A stretch of DNA of 64,000 bases from Octopus bimaculoides (Eukaryota). A model generated the notes under the pieces. That model saw only the letters and a program-made list of their open reading frames with translations, did not search any database and was not told where the DNA came from. Made by a program: the position numbers and the translations under genes. Positions 22,695 to 37,019 of the stretch are shown in pieces. The first letter of the stretch is position 1, and each line of letters begins with the position of its first letter. The stretch lies in contig NC_068998.1 of the NCBI RefSeq assembly GCF_001194135.2, positions 23,519,770-23,583,769 on the forward strand. Direction: 5' to 3'.

Positions 22695-25434
22695 GCTTCA
22701 ACACACGAACTCACATACAGAATATTGCAAACCAAATCCAAAAACGAAATAAAATATATGCTATAAATGAGTGGAATGACAAATGAGACAGAATTATAGA
22801 AACCGCTTGTACGAACCAAAGCAAGACTGATAAAAATATATAGTGCAAATGATTGGAAAGAAAGGCAACGGTGTGGACTGTTCAAACTGAGTTGTATTGT
22901 CTGAAAAATATTGTCGCATGATTTTAATAAAATCTTCATAAAATGCTACTTAAATTGTTACNNNNNNNNNNNNNNNNNNNNNNNNNNNNNNNNNNNNNNN
23001 NNNNNNNNNNNNNNNNNNNNNNNNNNNNNNNNNNNNNNNNNNNNNNNNNNNNNNNNNNNNNNNNNNNNNNNNNNNNNNNNNNNNNNNNNNNNNNNNNNNN
23101 NNNNNNNNNNNNNNNNNNNNNNNNNNNNNNNNNNNNNNNNNNNNNNNNNNNNNNNNNNNNNNNNNNNNNNNNNNNNNNNNNNNNNNNNNNNNNNNNNNNN
23201 NNNNNNNNNNNNNNNNNNNNNNNNNNNNNNNNNNNNNNNNNNNNNNNNNNNNNNNNNNNNNNNATTATGTATTTATCTTTACACACACAAAACGCGATTA
23301 TTTTTACAAGAAAAGTTTTTAAATATATTTTCGACACATGCAAAATACTTCAGTTATCAAATGTTATCATTTTGTACAGACAATGAAAAATGTTTCTGCA
23401 ATGATCACAAAGTATTGGATATAAGACACCCTCTGAATATTTAAAACAAATACGTCATGTTAAATCCAATATGACCATTATAACATCACACAGCAAACAG
23501 CTGCTGCTATAATCTATTTTACTTCAATACTACGTGGCAGCTACAATATTTATAAATGGCTATCAGAATCTATGACCTCAGCACACATAATTTGCAACAC
23601 TTATCTATTAAAGTCGATTATTGGCCAGTTAGCTATATTTTCACTTATTTTGGTTATGTTTCTCCACTTTCTCTGAGACGTGTCTCTTTTTCTCTTTCTC
23701 TTGTTCCATTCGTTGATATTTTATTGAGCAGATATGTTATGATACTTTTAAAACAATTCCTCACAATAAGGAAAGAAAGACTACAACATATGCAATCAAT
23801 CTTTATAAAATAACTTTGATCATTTTACTTTATCAATTTTCTTTTTCTTGAAAATTTTTGCGTGTATTTAAGCATATTTTATTTTGTATGAGTAGATATA
23901 CTTGTATGGGCGTCTATGCGAAATGCATCTGAATGCCTGTGTATTCATTAATGCATTTTACACTTGAACAGTCAACTGTTTGGAAAGTAGTGCAAATAAT
24001 AAAATTCAAAAATGAGTTGAATAGTTTAGTCAAATTATTTTCTCACCTCCACCTGTATTATCTTTTCTTTACTCTTTATCCTTGCCATCATTGATCTTAT
24101 GTGCATTGTTCCATTCTGCTATCAACTGAACATATCGGGAATACTTCGAAGTGACTTAGAAGATACCAAAATTAGTAAAGAAACAACAAAACATAAAAAA
24201 AAGACAGCAGCTAACATTTGAGATATTCATATTAACTGTACAACATCTTAATTTAAGATGCAGCAAAGAAAGAAGAAAGAAAAAAAGGGAATCAAACATA
24301 AATTATTTCTTGGAAGAAGAAATCTTCTCCAGAGATTAGTTTTTCAAAGTATTTCACAGAGGGAAATGTCACAGAATTTAATTAGACATGATATCTCCAA
24401 AGAATTTCTATCGTCTTAAATATCTTCTGACAAAAACTATAAAAATAACCAGAAGTATAATAATAACCACAATCCACCGCACAAACACGCTTCCCTGTAT
24501 ATAACATTCAAATGAATACATGGTAAAGAAACTAGTTCTTGTAAAAATTGGAATGGAGTGAAAATGATATGCAATAATATTTGTGATTGTTTAACATTAT
24601 GTCATGAAAATCGAGCTTTGATTTCATTTAAGATTAATTGCAGATGATATCACTGCCACTTTAAAAGTATCGCATTCAATGTTAAAGAATATTTTTTTTT
24701 TACGCTTTAAATCTTGCCATGAAAACTTTTAGTGAAACCGATTGAAAATTAAAGAGAACACTTACAAGAAAATGTTTAGTTAATAATTTTTCGAGAAGGT
24801 GGAAATCTACAAGGCATTATATATGTCGTTACGTCCTGTGATATATTGGTTTCAATTTTCACCGAGATATATTTTGATATTCATCACACAAGTTAACTGC
24901 ATATGTCTTTCCGACGTTCCTCGACTATATAATATGGATACACTACCTCTGAAATTTTTTTAACACCTTCTCAGGAATTGTTTGTGTTTCGTAGATATCA
25001 CTTCCTTTCACAAACATTTGCATTCTCATTACAAGATGGACTCTGGAAATTTGTGTTAAGATGCTTTCATATATTACTGTCCGGGGAAGATTTAGGTCGT
25101 TGATTAAAAAAAGAAATAATACAATTAACGAATTTCAGTTGATCTAACTTAAATATATGTCAAACAGGAAAACGTCTGAAAGCACCCATAATTCTAAAAC
25201 GACTGAATAATTCTGAGCCCGTAGAAAAGATGCGGAAGATTGGCAAAATACTGGTATTTGATAAACATTTATTAAATCAATGGAATTAATTATCACCATC
25301 GGAGTAAACAGCTTTAATATTAAAATGAAAATGTTCTATTCTGTTTCAATCCCGATTCCTACGTAACATCGATACACGTAAATATACTTAATGCATATGC
25401 ATGAGGTTTATGTGTTTCATGAGAACCTGAAGGA

Positions 25435-25630
25435 AAGCGGTGAGCTGGCAGCATTGTTAGCACGCCGAGGAAAATGTTTGGTGGTATTTCGTACGTTTTC
25501 ACGTGGTCGACTTTGCCTGTCATTCATCCAGGGCTGATAATTTAAGTACCAGTAAAAAACTGGGATTGATGTAATCGACTAGTGCCTTCTCCCAAAATAT
25601 CAGGCCTTTTACTTGTAGTAGAAAGGATTA
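25435..25630 (+). mobile_element. SINE family A copy, internally deleted
   Basis: aagcggtgagctggcagcattgttagcacgccg...ggtcgactttgcct...taagtaccagt...gatgtaatcgactag; tail gtagtagaaaggatta. Confidence 0.85.
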
Positions 25631-26214
25631 TGAAAAAATGAATTGATGTGTATGTGTTCGTGGACGTTTAATAATAATAAAAAAATTACCACAACAAACA
25701 TAATTGAATATATTGATTAGATCGCATTTAAGGCTGTTAAAGTTCACACATGCGCTCTCATATTGTGGACAAGTGCTCAATATGCATTAGGTATATCTGT
25801 TGACGAAATAATCGTCCGCAATGTTGGATAATATGAACGCGTCACCTGAATTTACTGTTTTCTGCAGATTCACAGTGGTACCTGAGCTTCCCTCTGAATT
25901 CCAAAACGATATTCACTGGTACCGCTCTAGAATAATAATCATCATTTATAATATCTATGATAATTATTTCTATCATAGGCACAAGGCCTGATACTATTTG
26001 AAAAAAAATAGTCGCTTAAACTCTGAGTGTCGATACTATTATATTTGAATAAAGCGTATTTCAACATACACTCGTGTTAAATTCATGTAATGTGTGTGTA
26101 CATTGCTTACACACACACACACACATTCATATAGATATGCACAAATACATGTATATATCTATGTAGAAATGCCATATGAATTTACATATATGTATGCCTA
26201 TATATATGTATATG

Positions 26215-26267
<53 letters not shown>

Positions 26268-26612
26268 NNNNNNNNNNNNNNNNNNNNNNNNNNNNNNNNN
26301 NNNNNNNNNNNNNNNNNNNNNNNNNNNNNNNNNNNNNNNNNNNNNNNNNNNNNNNNNNNNNNNNNNNNNNNNNNNNNNNNNNNNNNNNNNNNNNNNNNNN
26401 NNNNNNNNNNNNNNNNNNNNNNNNNNNNNNNNNNNNNNNNNNNNNNNNNNNNNNNNNNNNNNNNNNNNNNNNNNNNNNNNNNNNNNNNNNNNNNNNNNNN
26501 NNNNNNNNNNNNNNNNNNNNNNNNNNNNNNNNNNNNNNNNNNNNNNNNNNNNNNNNNNNNNNNNNNNNNNNNNNNNNNNNNNNNNNNNNNNNNNNNNNNN
26601 NNNNNNNNNNNN

Positions 26613-26654
<42 letters not shown>

Positions 26655-28302
26655 GCATAAACACACTTTATAAACGTACATAATTGTGTGAATTAAAGTG
26701 TTGTGTTCGAGGCTTCTGTTTTCTGTTTAAACTTATGGATATGACATTTACCTTTGTATCTCATATTTTAATGAGTTAACTTCTGGTGTTAATTTCCCTG
26801 TTTTATTTTCTGAGTAGAAATAGCCGTTTAAGTAATAGTTATCATATAATCTATTAATGAAAACTTCGTGGTAATATGGGCAAGTTTACTCGTGCCAATA
26901 TTACAATAATGTGCTCAGGAAGCATTCGATTCCGTGGAATTTCTTGCAGCCATTCTTGTAACTGTTTAGAATTTGGAATTAGTTATTGAATTTAATCTGC
27001 GATTAGTATCTCTGCTCCGCCAAAACTGCTTTGAAATATGTCTCATATATGTGTGTGCGTGTATGTGTGTGTGTCTGTGTGTATGTGTGTGTATGTGTGT
27101 GTGCGCCCGTGCTTGTGCGTGCAAGCATGTATCCGTATGTGTGTATATATAAACGTATGCGCATATTTGTTAATCTACCACGTTCGACTGTGTGTGTGTG
27201 TGTGTGTTTGTGTGCGTGCGTACGCGAGTCTTTGTTTTTTGTTTTGAAATTCAGTCCTTTTAATTGAATACAAGATTAGCAATTATCATTAATATTACTT
27301 CCTAATAAATATATATATATATATGTATATTATTTAAAAAATAACATTGAGTTGTAAAAAAAATTGTATCTTATCTAAACTGTTTAGCATGAAGCGGTGT
27401 AGAGGAACTATGGACATAGCTGGGGAAATGCATTAATGCTCACATCAACCGTACAGCGTTATGATTTATGATATTTATTGTGATCCATACTAGTTGAAAT
27501 ATCATTCATTAAATTACTCGAGAGTAAAGTAATATAACAAGGAAGTTAGTTCCTGACTGTTAAACCAGACTATGTTGGCAATTGTAACTCGGAGACGTGG
27601 AAAATTCCAAAATGAATTTGAAATAATTTTGTCACGCATTATTTCAGTGATTTTCTTCTCCCGAGTAATGTCGTATTTCTTTTTAATTAGATATTGATAA
27701 AGCACAGATGAGTTTAATATTTACAATAATTACTAAGTCTCCTATCCTTTATGATTAATTTCATTTCCTTAGTGCTAATCGCTTCCTGAAATAAATAATT
27801 TTAATTATTAAGCATTAATCATCTTTGAAATAATGAAAATTTTCACAAAATATTTTTACTGATTATCTCCACAGATTTCACTTGTTTATAATTTGTGCAT
27901 TTTATAATAAATATGAATTATATGACATATTTCATTCAAGATCCTCTTGGAATAAAAAGGCACATCATTCGATAGCTTTTCAACAGAAAAAACATCCTGG
28001 TATTCATATAGATATGGGAATGGATGGGAGTGGAAATTCATCATAATGTGAAAGAGTATACTTATCAAATATCTTCGACAGCAAATTTCAAATTGCATAT
28101 TTTTAAAACCTAACCTTCTGTCATTTTAATCATATAGAACTTTTTGAAACGAGGACATAAGTATCATCAGATGAGGTTACGATCAATGATATTTATTTTG
28201 AGTTAAATGACAAAGTGATACTTATTTTAGAAGCAAGCGACTAATTTGAGAAACCTATAGAGTAAAGATAGATATCAACTTGAGATTCAAGTAAAATTTA
28301 AC

Positions 28303-28520
28303 ATTGGTTTCAAATTTGGGCAACAGGTCAGTCAGCAATTTTAAGGGCTGGGTAAATCGGTTACATCAACGCCAGTGCTCGGCTGGTACTTATGTTATCG
28401 ACCCCGAAATGATGAAAGCTAAAGTCAACTTTAGCAGAATTTTAAGCTAGAACGTAAAGACGGAGGAAATGCCGCTAAGTATTTTGCCCGGTTTGCTATC
28501 AGTCTGTTAGCTCACCGCCT
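28303..28520 (-). mobile_element. SINE family A copy, near full length
   Basis: Reverse complement aggcggtgagctaacagactgatagcaaaccgggcaaaatacttagcggcatttcc...tttcggggtcgataa...ccaaatttgaaaccaat. Confidence 0.88.
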
Positions 28521-29303
28521 TAAAGTGCATCTCAATATTGACGTCTTTAAAATAATACGAAGTCAAGTTTTTAATAATCTATTTATTCTTTAAATATTAC
28601 ATATATGTTCAAGTTTCAGTTACCTGTGCTGTTTATCTACATGAAATATCTAAACATTATTGAATATAACACTCTCAATATTGATCTTCTTCAATTAGCA
28701 GTGAAAATATCCACTAAATATCGATAAATATTTAAATTTCCCTCTTGACAGTTCTCACCTCAAAGTATTTCTCCAACTGTCCATGATCATATATTAAAAA
28801 TATGCATTGAAATATGTATTAATAAGTTACAATCTTTTTTTCCTACTTTTCCTGAATGTTTTCTTGTTTTAAATCTAAAAGTTATACATTTTAGATGTTT
28901 TGAACCAAATCTAGTAAGAGCTGAAAAAAAAAATGCTAACCGAAATTTGAACTCGATTAAAATAGTCAAAAATCAAAAGAATATTCAAATTGAAATTAAG
29001 AAAAAAAAAATTTTATTGATCGGTAATTTTGAGCTACAAATTCATTTCCAGTTTTTAAGTATGCACAAATCAATTATTTATGCATCTAAATTTGTCACGA
29101 TCTTCTCTCTGAGAGTTTCAATGAATTAAATATTAGGGGAAACAGATTTCGTTACAAATTCTTGGTCCTACAGATCTTCCCCATAGGCAAAATATTTATG
29201 TAGATTTCCTGTATATGGAATATAATTCACACGAAAAGTTCCGCTGTACACTTTCCAAAATACATGAAGAGATGAATTAAAAAATAGATATTCAGTATTG
29301 AAT

Positions 29304-29630
29304 GCTGTGAGCTGGCGGAATCGTTGGCACATCGAACAAAAGGATTAGTGGCATTTCATTTGACTGAGAATGAAATTTTATGTTTCGTCTGACATGTGGC
29401 TATGGGGAGCGAAGCTGTATTGTAAACGATATTCAAAGACTGGGAACTGACTTCTTTAATTTCAATTAGCGATGCTGGGGTGTGCGGAGAAAATTTAACA
29501 TTGTATTATTTTAAAGACGTCAATACTGAGGTGCACTTTAAGGCGGTGAGCTTAGCAACATTTCCTGTTTTTACATTCTGACTTAAAATTCTCCCAAGGT
29601 TGATTTTACTTTTCATCCTTTCGGGATCGT
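29304..29630 (+). mobile_element. Two SINE family A fragments (29304-29365 and 29540-29630)
   Basis: gctgtgagctggcggaatcgttggcac and aaggcggtgagcttagc...tttcatcctttcgggatcg. Confidence 0.65.
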
Positions 29631-30072
29631 GCAGAAAAAAGTGAGGAGAGGTATTTTTTTTTTGTTATATTGACATTAAGTTGTGAATCTACAATTGTAA
29701 TGTATGATCCTTAGATAGTTAGATACACACTTTATGAAAATGTTAGACGTTAATGTAACAAAGGATATGTTTTGGACATAGACAATAAACAATTGCTTTT
29801 GGAGAATAGGAATATACGTTGACATAAATCTATTCGTATGTGTTTTCATAGGCGTTATTAATTATGACTCTTACCAATGAGAGCAATGAACATTTTAAGA
29901 TAAGTTCTAAGATTAAAATTCTAAATTAACATTAACATTCTAAAGCGGGAATGAACATTAGCTGAAAGAAAAGGACGCGCGATCAATAATTATATTGAAA
30001 ATGACAAATAATATAGATATATGCTGTACATTATCCATGCAATGATAGTTTCCATTAATATATATATACATT

Positions 30073-30720
30073 GCATACGAGGTGCATTTCCAAAATTCTA
30101 AGACTTTATAGGTGAGGCAGTATTAACTGCCCAACGTTATTGCAATTTCATAATATAATAAATATACATCTAACATGATAACTTGATTACTTTTGTTATC
30201 CAGATTGAAGGGTGTAACATAACTGGGTAAACACTGTACAGAAACATATCAAATGCTCCAGACTGACCATAGATTAAATTTTATGAGACGAACATCTGTT
30301 TTTGCGCTGGTACCAGAAGCCAATCAGAGAAATTTTACTAGACAGCGCATGATCATCCCTTTTTCGACATCAAGGGAATCATTTATATCCATTCGGATTT
30401 CTCTGAGTAGATTTCAACAAAATATTCCTTGTGGTGATTTTGAAGCTATTCAGGAGGAGATTTTGTCGCAAAAGGTCATAGCATGTGCACCAGGAAAATA
30501 CATCAGTCTACAGATCAATCAAGGTAACTAACAACTTTACAGAGATGAGCATAATAACTGTCCCCACCCTTGCTACAATCCACACATTGCACTCTGACAT
30601 TTGATAGTTCCCCAAGCTGTAGGAGAACCTAAATGAGGCTGTGACATGGGTTCAAGGTACTTTCACTGACTTTTAAAAACAATCCATAGCCGCTTAACGA
30701 ATTGTGTATGCCGTACGGGC
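30073..30720 (+). mobile_element. Highly decayed mariner relic
   Basis: End-like tacgaggtgcatttccaaaatt; IIPFFDIKGIIYIHSDF (cf. MLIVFFDxKGIVHxEF); PHPCYNPHIAL*HLIVPKL*ENL (cf. PHPPYSPDLAPxDFxLFPKLKExL). Confidence 0.7.
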
Positions 30721-31165
30721 ATTTACTTGCGGTTGGACCGAAAACCATACGCTTTTGCGAGAATAAACGATTAGCACTTTTGTACATTTATAGATCTGGT
30801 GTGTGGGATAGAGTTCTTAATCGCCAGTCTGCAGCCCTTTGAAACATCAATGTTCATAGATTCAAAGTATAGACCTCTTCTTGGCCTCTCACAAACGTTA
30901 TTCACTCAGCATTTCATACACTGAAACGTTTTGTAGCACTGTTATATCAATATACACATTTAACTTCTTATATCTATAAACTAATAGCGGACATTTACAC
31001 GTGTTGCTAGTCACATAAAAAGCCGTTTTTTTTTCTTAATTACATCATGAAATGTCGCAAATAAAGAGTGGTGAAATACTGTAAAATATTTAATGCGACG
31101 TTGCATATATTCATACGTACACGCATTCATATATATATTTACATAAGTACAGATGTGCATGTATT

Positions 31166-31386
31166 CTCTTATTCGTTTACTTGTTTCAGTCACTTGACTT
31201 CGGCCATGCTGAAGCACCGCATTTAGTCGAACAAATCACCCCAGGACTTATTCTTAGTAAGCTTAATACTTATTCAACCGGTCTCTGTTACCGAACCGCT
31301 ACGTCAAGAACATCAGTTGTCAAGCGATGGTGGGGTACAAAGACAGATATACAAATACATACACACACAGACTCACACACACACAG

Positions 31387-31431
<45 letters not shown>

Positions 31432-31594
31432 CGCACACACACACAGAGTTTCCGTCTTCCGAATCGACTCTTAAGGCTTTGGTCGGACCGAAGCTATAGT
31501 AGAAGACTCTTGCCCAAGTTTCCACGTCGAGGGACTGAACCCGGAACAATGTGATCGGGAAGTAAGCTTCTTACCACACACCCACTCTTGCGCC
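31166..31594 (-). mobile_element. SINE family B, near full length, with internal (CA)n
   Basis: Reverse complement starts ggcgcaagagtgggtgtgtggtaag (A-box-like), ccgggttcagtccc (B-box-like), cttgggcaagagtcttctactatagc, and ends cctggggtgatttgttcgactaaatgcggtgcttcagcatggccg...gactgaaacaagtaaa. Confidence 0.9.
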
Positions 31595-32695
31595 TATAGA
31601 TGTATTTATAATGATATTCAAATTTATACTGAAAAGTGACTGGGAAATGACTTACGTGTTAATAAATATAATTTTAAATAAAGCAACATTTGTTGATTTT
31701 AGTCCATCGAAGAACTCGATGTTAAACACAAAATAAATACATGTAAAGATAAAGGCAAAATTACGTGAACGTATATAGTACAACAAGTCACAAAAGCAGA
31801 AATTACGATTCAAACTTTACTTCACATAAAATTTACCAGAAGTTAAATCATTCGAATTAATAATTAGTTTCGTGGTTGCCTGCAAAGTCTATTATTTTGA
31901 TACAATTACCATGCAAATATTTACAATTAGCAATGGCATGTATTCATATATCGTGAGTATTGTATTTGTAGTGTTTTATCAATCTATTTTAATTGGTTAA
32001 TGCAATAATAAATATATTGTCACCGACGTTAAACCGCATTCCGCCCGAACAATACTGATTGTCAGTAATAAGAGACGGATATCATTATGTGCAAAACAGG
32101 TCGCCACTAATGCACATTTAGTTCATGCCACAATGGATTTATATGTTTCCTATGAAATTCAAAGAAGGATGCGCATATCTGAAGACACACAGTAGGAGAA
32201 ATAAGACAGCTATCAGAATTTATTTCCTAACTGGCTCTTCTAATATTACAAAATAATTGTGCATATGCACGCGTGTGCACATACAGAAACATGCCACGCT
32301 GATACAATATATATGTGTATATACATACACACACACACATACGACCACACACGCACATACGACCACACACACACACACGTAAACAAACTTACAGACATAT
32401 ATACGTATATGTGAATGTGTGAGTACCTACATATATTACTGCTGGTGTATCTATTGTGCTCATATATAAAATTGAGATGTATAAGATTAATAGCCCAATC
32501 AATACTCACTCATGAAATACCGTTATCTATGCAGTTTAACCCTTGAGAATCTACTTATGAATTTCAACATTACAAAAGATTTACATATTTCGGAAATGAT
32601 ATATCTATATTTTATTTTAATACCCATTGATATGTGTGTATGTGTTCTTGTTTGTGCACGTGCGTCTGTGCATGTTCGCGCGCACATGTGTATAA

Positions 32696-32755
<60 letters not shown>

Positions 32756-34004
32756 TTATATATACATATATACTATGTGTGTCTATATATATATATATAT
32801 ATATACATATAGACTCTATGTGTATGTATTTATATATTTGCTAGGCTTCATACACACGTATGTAAGCGTGTGCTGACTGAGCATGAGAGTGTGTGTCCTC
32901 GTGCATGCGTAATCTTTGTTAGAAATTTAACGGCAGCATTTGATTTCTTGAATGATATTCCATTGGAATAGAACATCTGTTGGAGTCTGAAATGCTTTCA
33001 GCGATGTGTTATATAGTTACTTCTTTGTATTTGTTTTTCCTTTTATAGTGAATTTTGATTGTATAGCTTCCTATATTTCAAATATATTTCATGAGTTATT
33101 ATTTCAATGAACCTTTGTTGAATATGGCATCTTCTGTTGTAATGTTCTCAACAGATAACTGAAGCATTTCAGTGTGTTCCATTTTGTTCTCTACATTGCC
33201 TCTTCTCATATCGGTCTACATATATAAAACCAAATCTTAACTTTTCAAAGGTTACTTGGAGGCAAAATGTATGAAAATAGGAAAACTGTACATTTGAATA
33301 TGCTAATGCAATTTTTTAATAGAGCTTCTCTTCTCTATTATATTAATAAAAAGGAAGAAATGTCTTTGTCATTTTTATTTTCTTTTATGAATTCAAATCA
33401 ATTTCCATGCGTGTCTCGTTTCTATGTAACACAATCATATACATTCAGTTTTCTATTTTTTTAAATAACGTTGTTTTATTTATTTTAAGAATTCTTTCAA
33501 ATTTCCAACTTAGTAATGTTACACAAAAATATTTACATATAATAAATAAGAACAATTTCTCTAAATTATCGCCGGCTTTTTTTTTATTTTTACAATACAT
33601 TGTTTTATTTCAATATTTTATATAAATGTGTAGGAATGTTAATGTTACTCTGTATTCCCAAGTCAGACGAGAGTGACCATCTAAACTTTAAAAACAGAAT
33701 ATTTTGAACTATATTACTTAATATGTCCTTTTTTCCGGGCGATAAATTATTCCTTTAAATGTATTTCTAGCAAAATATAGCATCAGAGGAATGCACAATT
33801 ATTGAGGCTCATTTACATCAGGCAATAGCATCTTTAAAGAGGAAAATACATTTAACACAATATAATTCTCGATAACACTATACCTGACTAGAATATATAT
33901 ANNNNNNNNNNNNNNNNNNNNNNNNNNNNNNNNNNNNNNNNNNNNNNNNNNNNNNNNNNNNNNNNNNNNNNNNNNNNNNNNNNNNNNNNNNNNNNNNNNN
34001 NNNN

Positions 34005-34036
<32 letters not shown>

Positions 34037-35049
34037 CTGTAAACACTCTAATATCGAATACTGAGAAGGAGTGCTCAACAACGTATTGGTGGATAAATAT
34101 TGTTTTTCTGTTTGGGTGACAAGTCTACAAATGGTTTCGTGTGAGAGTGATCTATTTATAATTGTTCTGAATACCGCAGGGGAACGGCCCTTCTGATTTG
34201 CATTTTGGATGATAATGCAATAGGCTACAAAAGGTTTAACGTGATTTTGATGTAAACACATATAAAGGGAGGTGACATATAAGTACATTTTAATTGCCAT
34301 CTCCCTTACATCAGCCACGGATTATTGCAGGGAGCTGTGTTCACTATGGATTAATTCCTTAATCATCTCAAAGGAGAGAGCTCGTGAGCCTCTCCATTTA
34401 GAAATATAAGTATCGTTGCTGAAATTCCTACAAATGTGAACGATGTATATAATGCATGTACATATATGTGGACATGGACATCCATACAAAGCACAAACGC
34501 ACACTAAGAAATACCAACATATGCAAATATATGTATACATATATGTGTGTTTGTGCGTGTGTTTGTACGTGTGTGTTTGTACGTGTGTGTTTGTGTGTGT
34601 ATACGTGTACGCATGTATGTGGTAAAAGAAAGACGGAAGATGGAAGATACATGAATTTTTATTATTCACTACAATTGGTTCGACACTTCTAGCTTTTTTT
34701 ACTCGAGCTTGAATATATAAACATTTTTGTGGGATTTAGTTCAATACAAATTATACTACTTTTAAAGATACCCCTTCTAAAAGGTCTTTCTATTACGGTG
34801 CTGCCGTATTTAGGAAAGCAGCTTCATCAGCGGCAGATAGTTTAGAAACACGACCCCTAGTGGGTGCAAAAGAATGGGGAAGAGATATTCGAGATGGTGC
34901 AGAAATAGTGGATGTAGCTGCCCATTACATGCTACAGGATTTTAAAAGATAGTTGAAAGAAACCGACACGATGCCATTCAGGGACGATTCCCTTGGAGTA
35001 GTGCAACAAAGAAGAATACGAAATATATTATATAAGGCCAAACGTTTGA

Positions 35050-35420
35050 AACATATTTACTCAACTAATTCTAAAATCTACAATTAACGCTAACCACAGA
35101 AACATTACTTTCTTAGATACTAATATGAATTATCGTACAGGCTAATCTAAACACTATTAGAAACCAAATGGAGACACCACCTACATTAACATGGGATCGT
35201 CAATAATAAAAGCATTAATTAACCGCATCAGGATGCATGATTCTAACCTACACGCCTCTGATAAAGCTACTTCCAAAATAAGGCAGCCACATATACAACG
35301 CCCCATTAGAACGGGTAACTTTAAAAGTAGTATAACATTTATTAAACCAAATGTAACTTTACCAAAAAGACTTAGACACAGGAAAATATTATGGTACAAT
35401 AACATGATTGTGTCCAGAAC
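35050..35420 (+). mobile_element. Penelope-like element fragment (RT thumb/linker)
   Basis: ITFLDTNMNY...KPNGDTTYINMGS (cf. IxFLD...YxKPxxxxxYI...SxHP) and RHRKILWYNN (cf. RKIIWFNPP). Confidence 0.6.
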
Positions 35421-36930
35421 ATAGTCATTATTCCTGAAACTTATGTACAGACATACACAGACACTCACAAGCACGCGTTCGGGCACACTCGTATAGCGAA
35501 CATATACTCACAGCCACAGGCACATGCGCACACATGCCGGCACACACACGCACGTATGCAGAAAGACATATACACCCACGAAAACGCACACACGTAAGTA
35601 TGCATACAGATGCTTACCTATTCAAAAGACCAACAGATACGTAAACATTCTCATGTTAGAATACATTTAAGTAAGAAAACACATTCAGCAGCACACATAT
35701 ACCACACACGCACATATATTACACGCACACTAGAACACGCACTCGCATACGTGCACACACATACATACACGTCCACGTAGAGTGCACCACACACACTCAC
35801 ACACAAGGACACAGTTCCTCACATTCACCCACAGTGTTATCCACTCCCCCACGTTACATTATGAACTACACCCTACAGCCAAAAACTTTCAGCGGGAATG
35901 TGACCAAACTGACCTAGAACAAAAAAGCCAAACCTTACAGTGGTCACGGATGTCTTCTGAGCACAAGCCCGCAACCTGTCACAACACGCACACGAACTCG
36001 TACGGGTAAGTATGTGTACACAAATAGGAATAAATTCTGCGTTTCCTCTGACCCTTACCGTCTCTTCTTAGAAAGCACATATCCACACACATGCAAACAT
36101 GCATGAATACAGACTAATTCTCTAATAGACACAGTACAAACTTCGCAAACATTGTAGACCTTCGAGCAAGAGAGGAATCGGTCGCAACCAGCGACAAAGA
36201 ACTGTGACTAACAAAGAACCGATTAATATTTTATCCAACACATTTAACAAACGATCGATTATTTGGTTAGAAATTTTACAAATTGACAAAAATAAAGGAA
36301 CGGAGTTGAACCTATACGGGCGTTGTTATTTGTACTGTCATAATGAGTTTCAAGGCACAAATATATGTATGCATATTCATATACACATATATTATATAGA
36401 AACAACATCCATGTATTTAGAAATTCCATGCATGTATGTTCAGTTAAAAAGATATCCTATAACATTTTTAGCAAAAAATTACGATGGAAAAAATCGATAC
36501 TCTTCATGCAGCATTAATCAAACATGAAAATACTGATCAACAAGAAGATATCCATCAGTACAACATAATCAGATTGCCTGAACCTAGCGAAGCGTTATAA
36601 CCTTTTACATATAAGAGTGTATCTTCCCTTCTTGGAAAGGAATGTGAGCCAATGAATATCAAATCAAGACTATTGACCCTCATGAAAACTTATGAACAGC
36701 TGTACCCAACGCTTCAGAAACTCACACTACATTTTACTAAACGGAATGTCATTTTGATAATTCTGTAGTACATATATACATATACAATGCATGCATATAC
36801 ATAAACACATGTATATATATATATAAATGTTAGAGGTAATACTTGACAATTGTAAGCACCTGCGTATGCCAGCTCGTGGCCGGGGTGAATGAATAAGTTG
36901 TAAATGTAGAAATGAAAACAAAACACAAAG

Positions 36931-37015
36931 GATTCTGCGGTACACGTGTTTCAAGCTTTATAGTTGTTACATCAGTGTATAATTGACAGTATAAAGCTAT
37001 CTTCAGCCGCAAATC
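36931..37015 (-). ncRNA. Minimal type I hammerhead ribozyme (Penelope-associated)
   Basis: gatttgcgg-CUGAAGA-u-agctttata(27 nt)tataaagct-u-GAAA-c-acgt-g-UA-ccgcagaatc: 9-bp stem I with one bulge, 9-bp perfect stem II, 1-bp C-G stem III capped by palindromic ACGU, GUA cleavage triplet. Confidence 0.78.
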
Positions 37016-37019
37016 TATT

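Noticed and set aside
25868-25918. Candidate exon after tttactgttttctgcAG
   Set aside because: The donor is weak (G|GTACCG), the peptide is unrecognisable and there are no phase-linked neighbours.
30253-30531. 92-aa ORF with a donor-like AAG|GTAACT
   Set aside because: Explained by the decayed mariner (FFDIKGII and PHPxY motifs in shifted frames).
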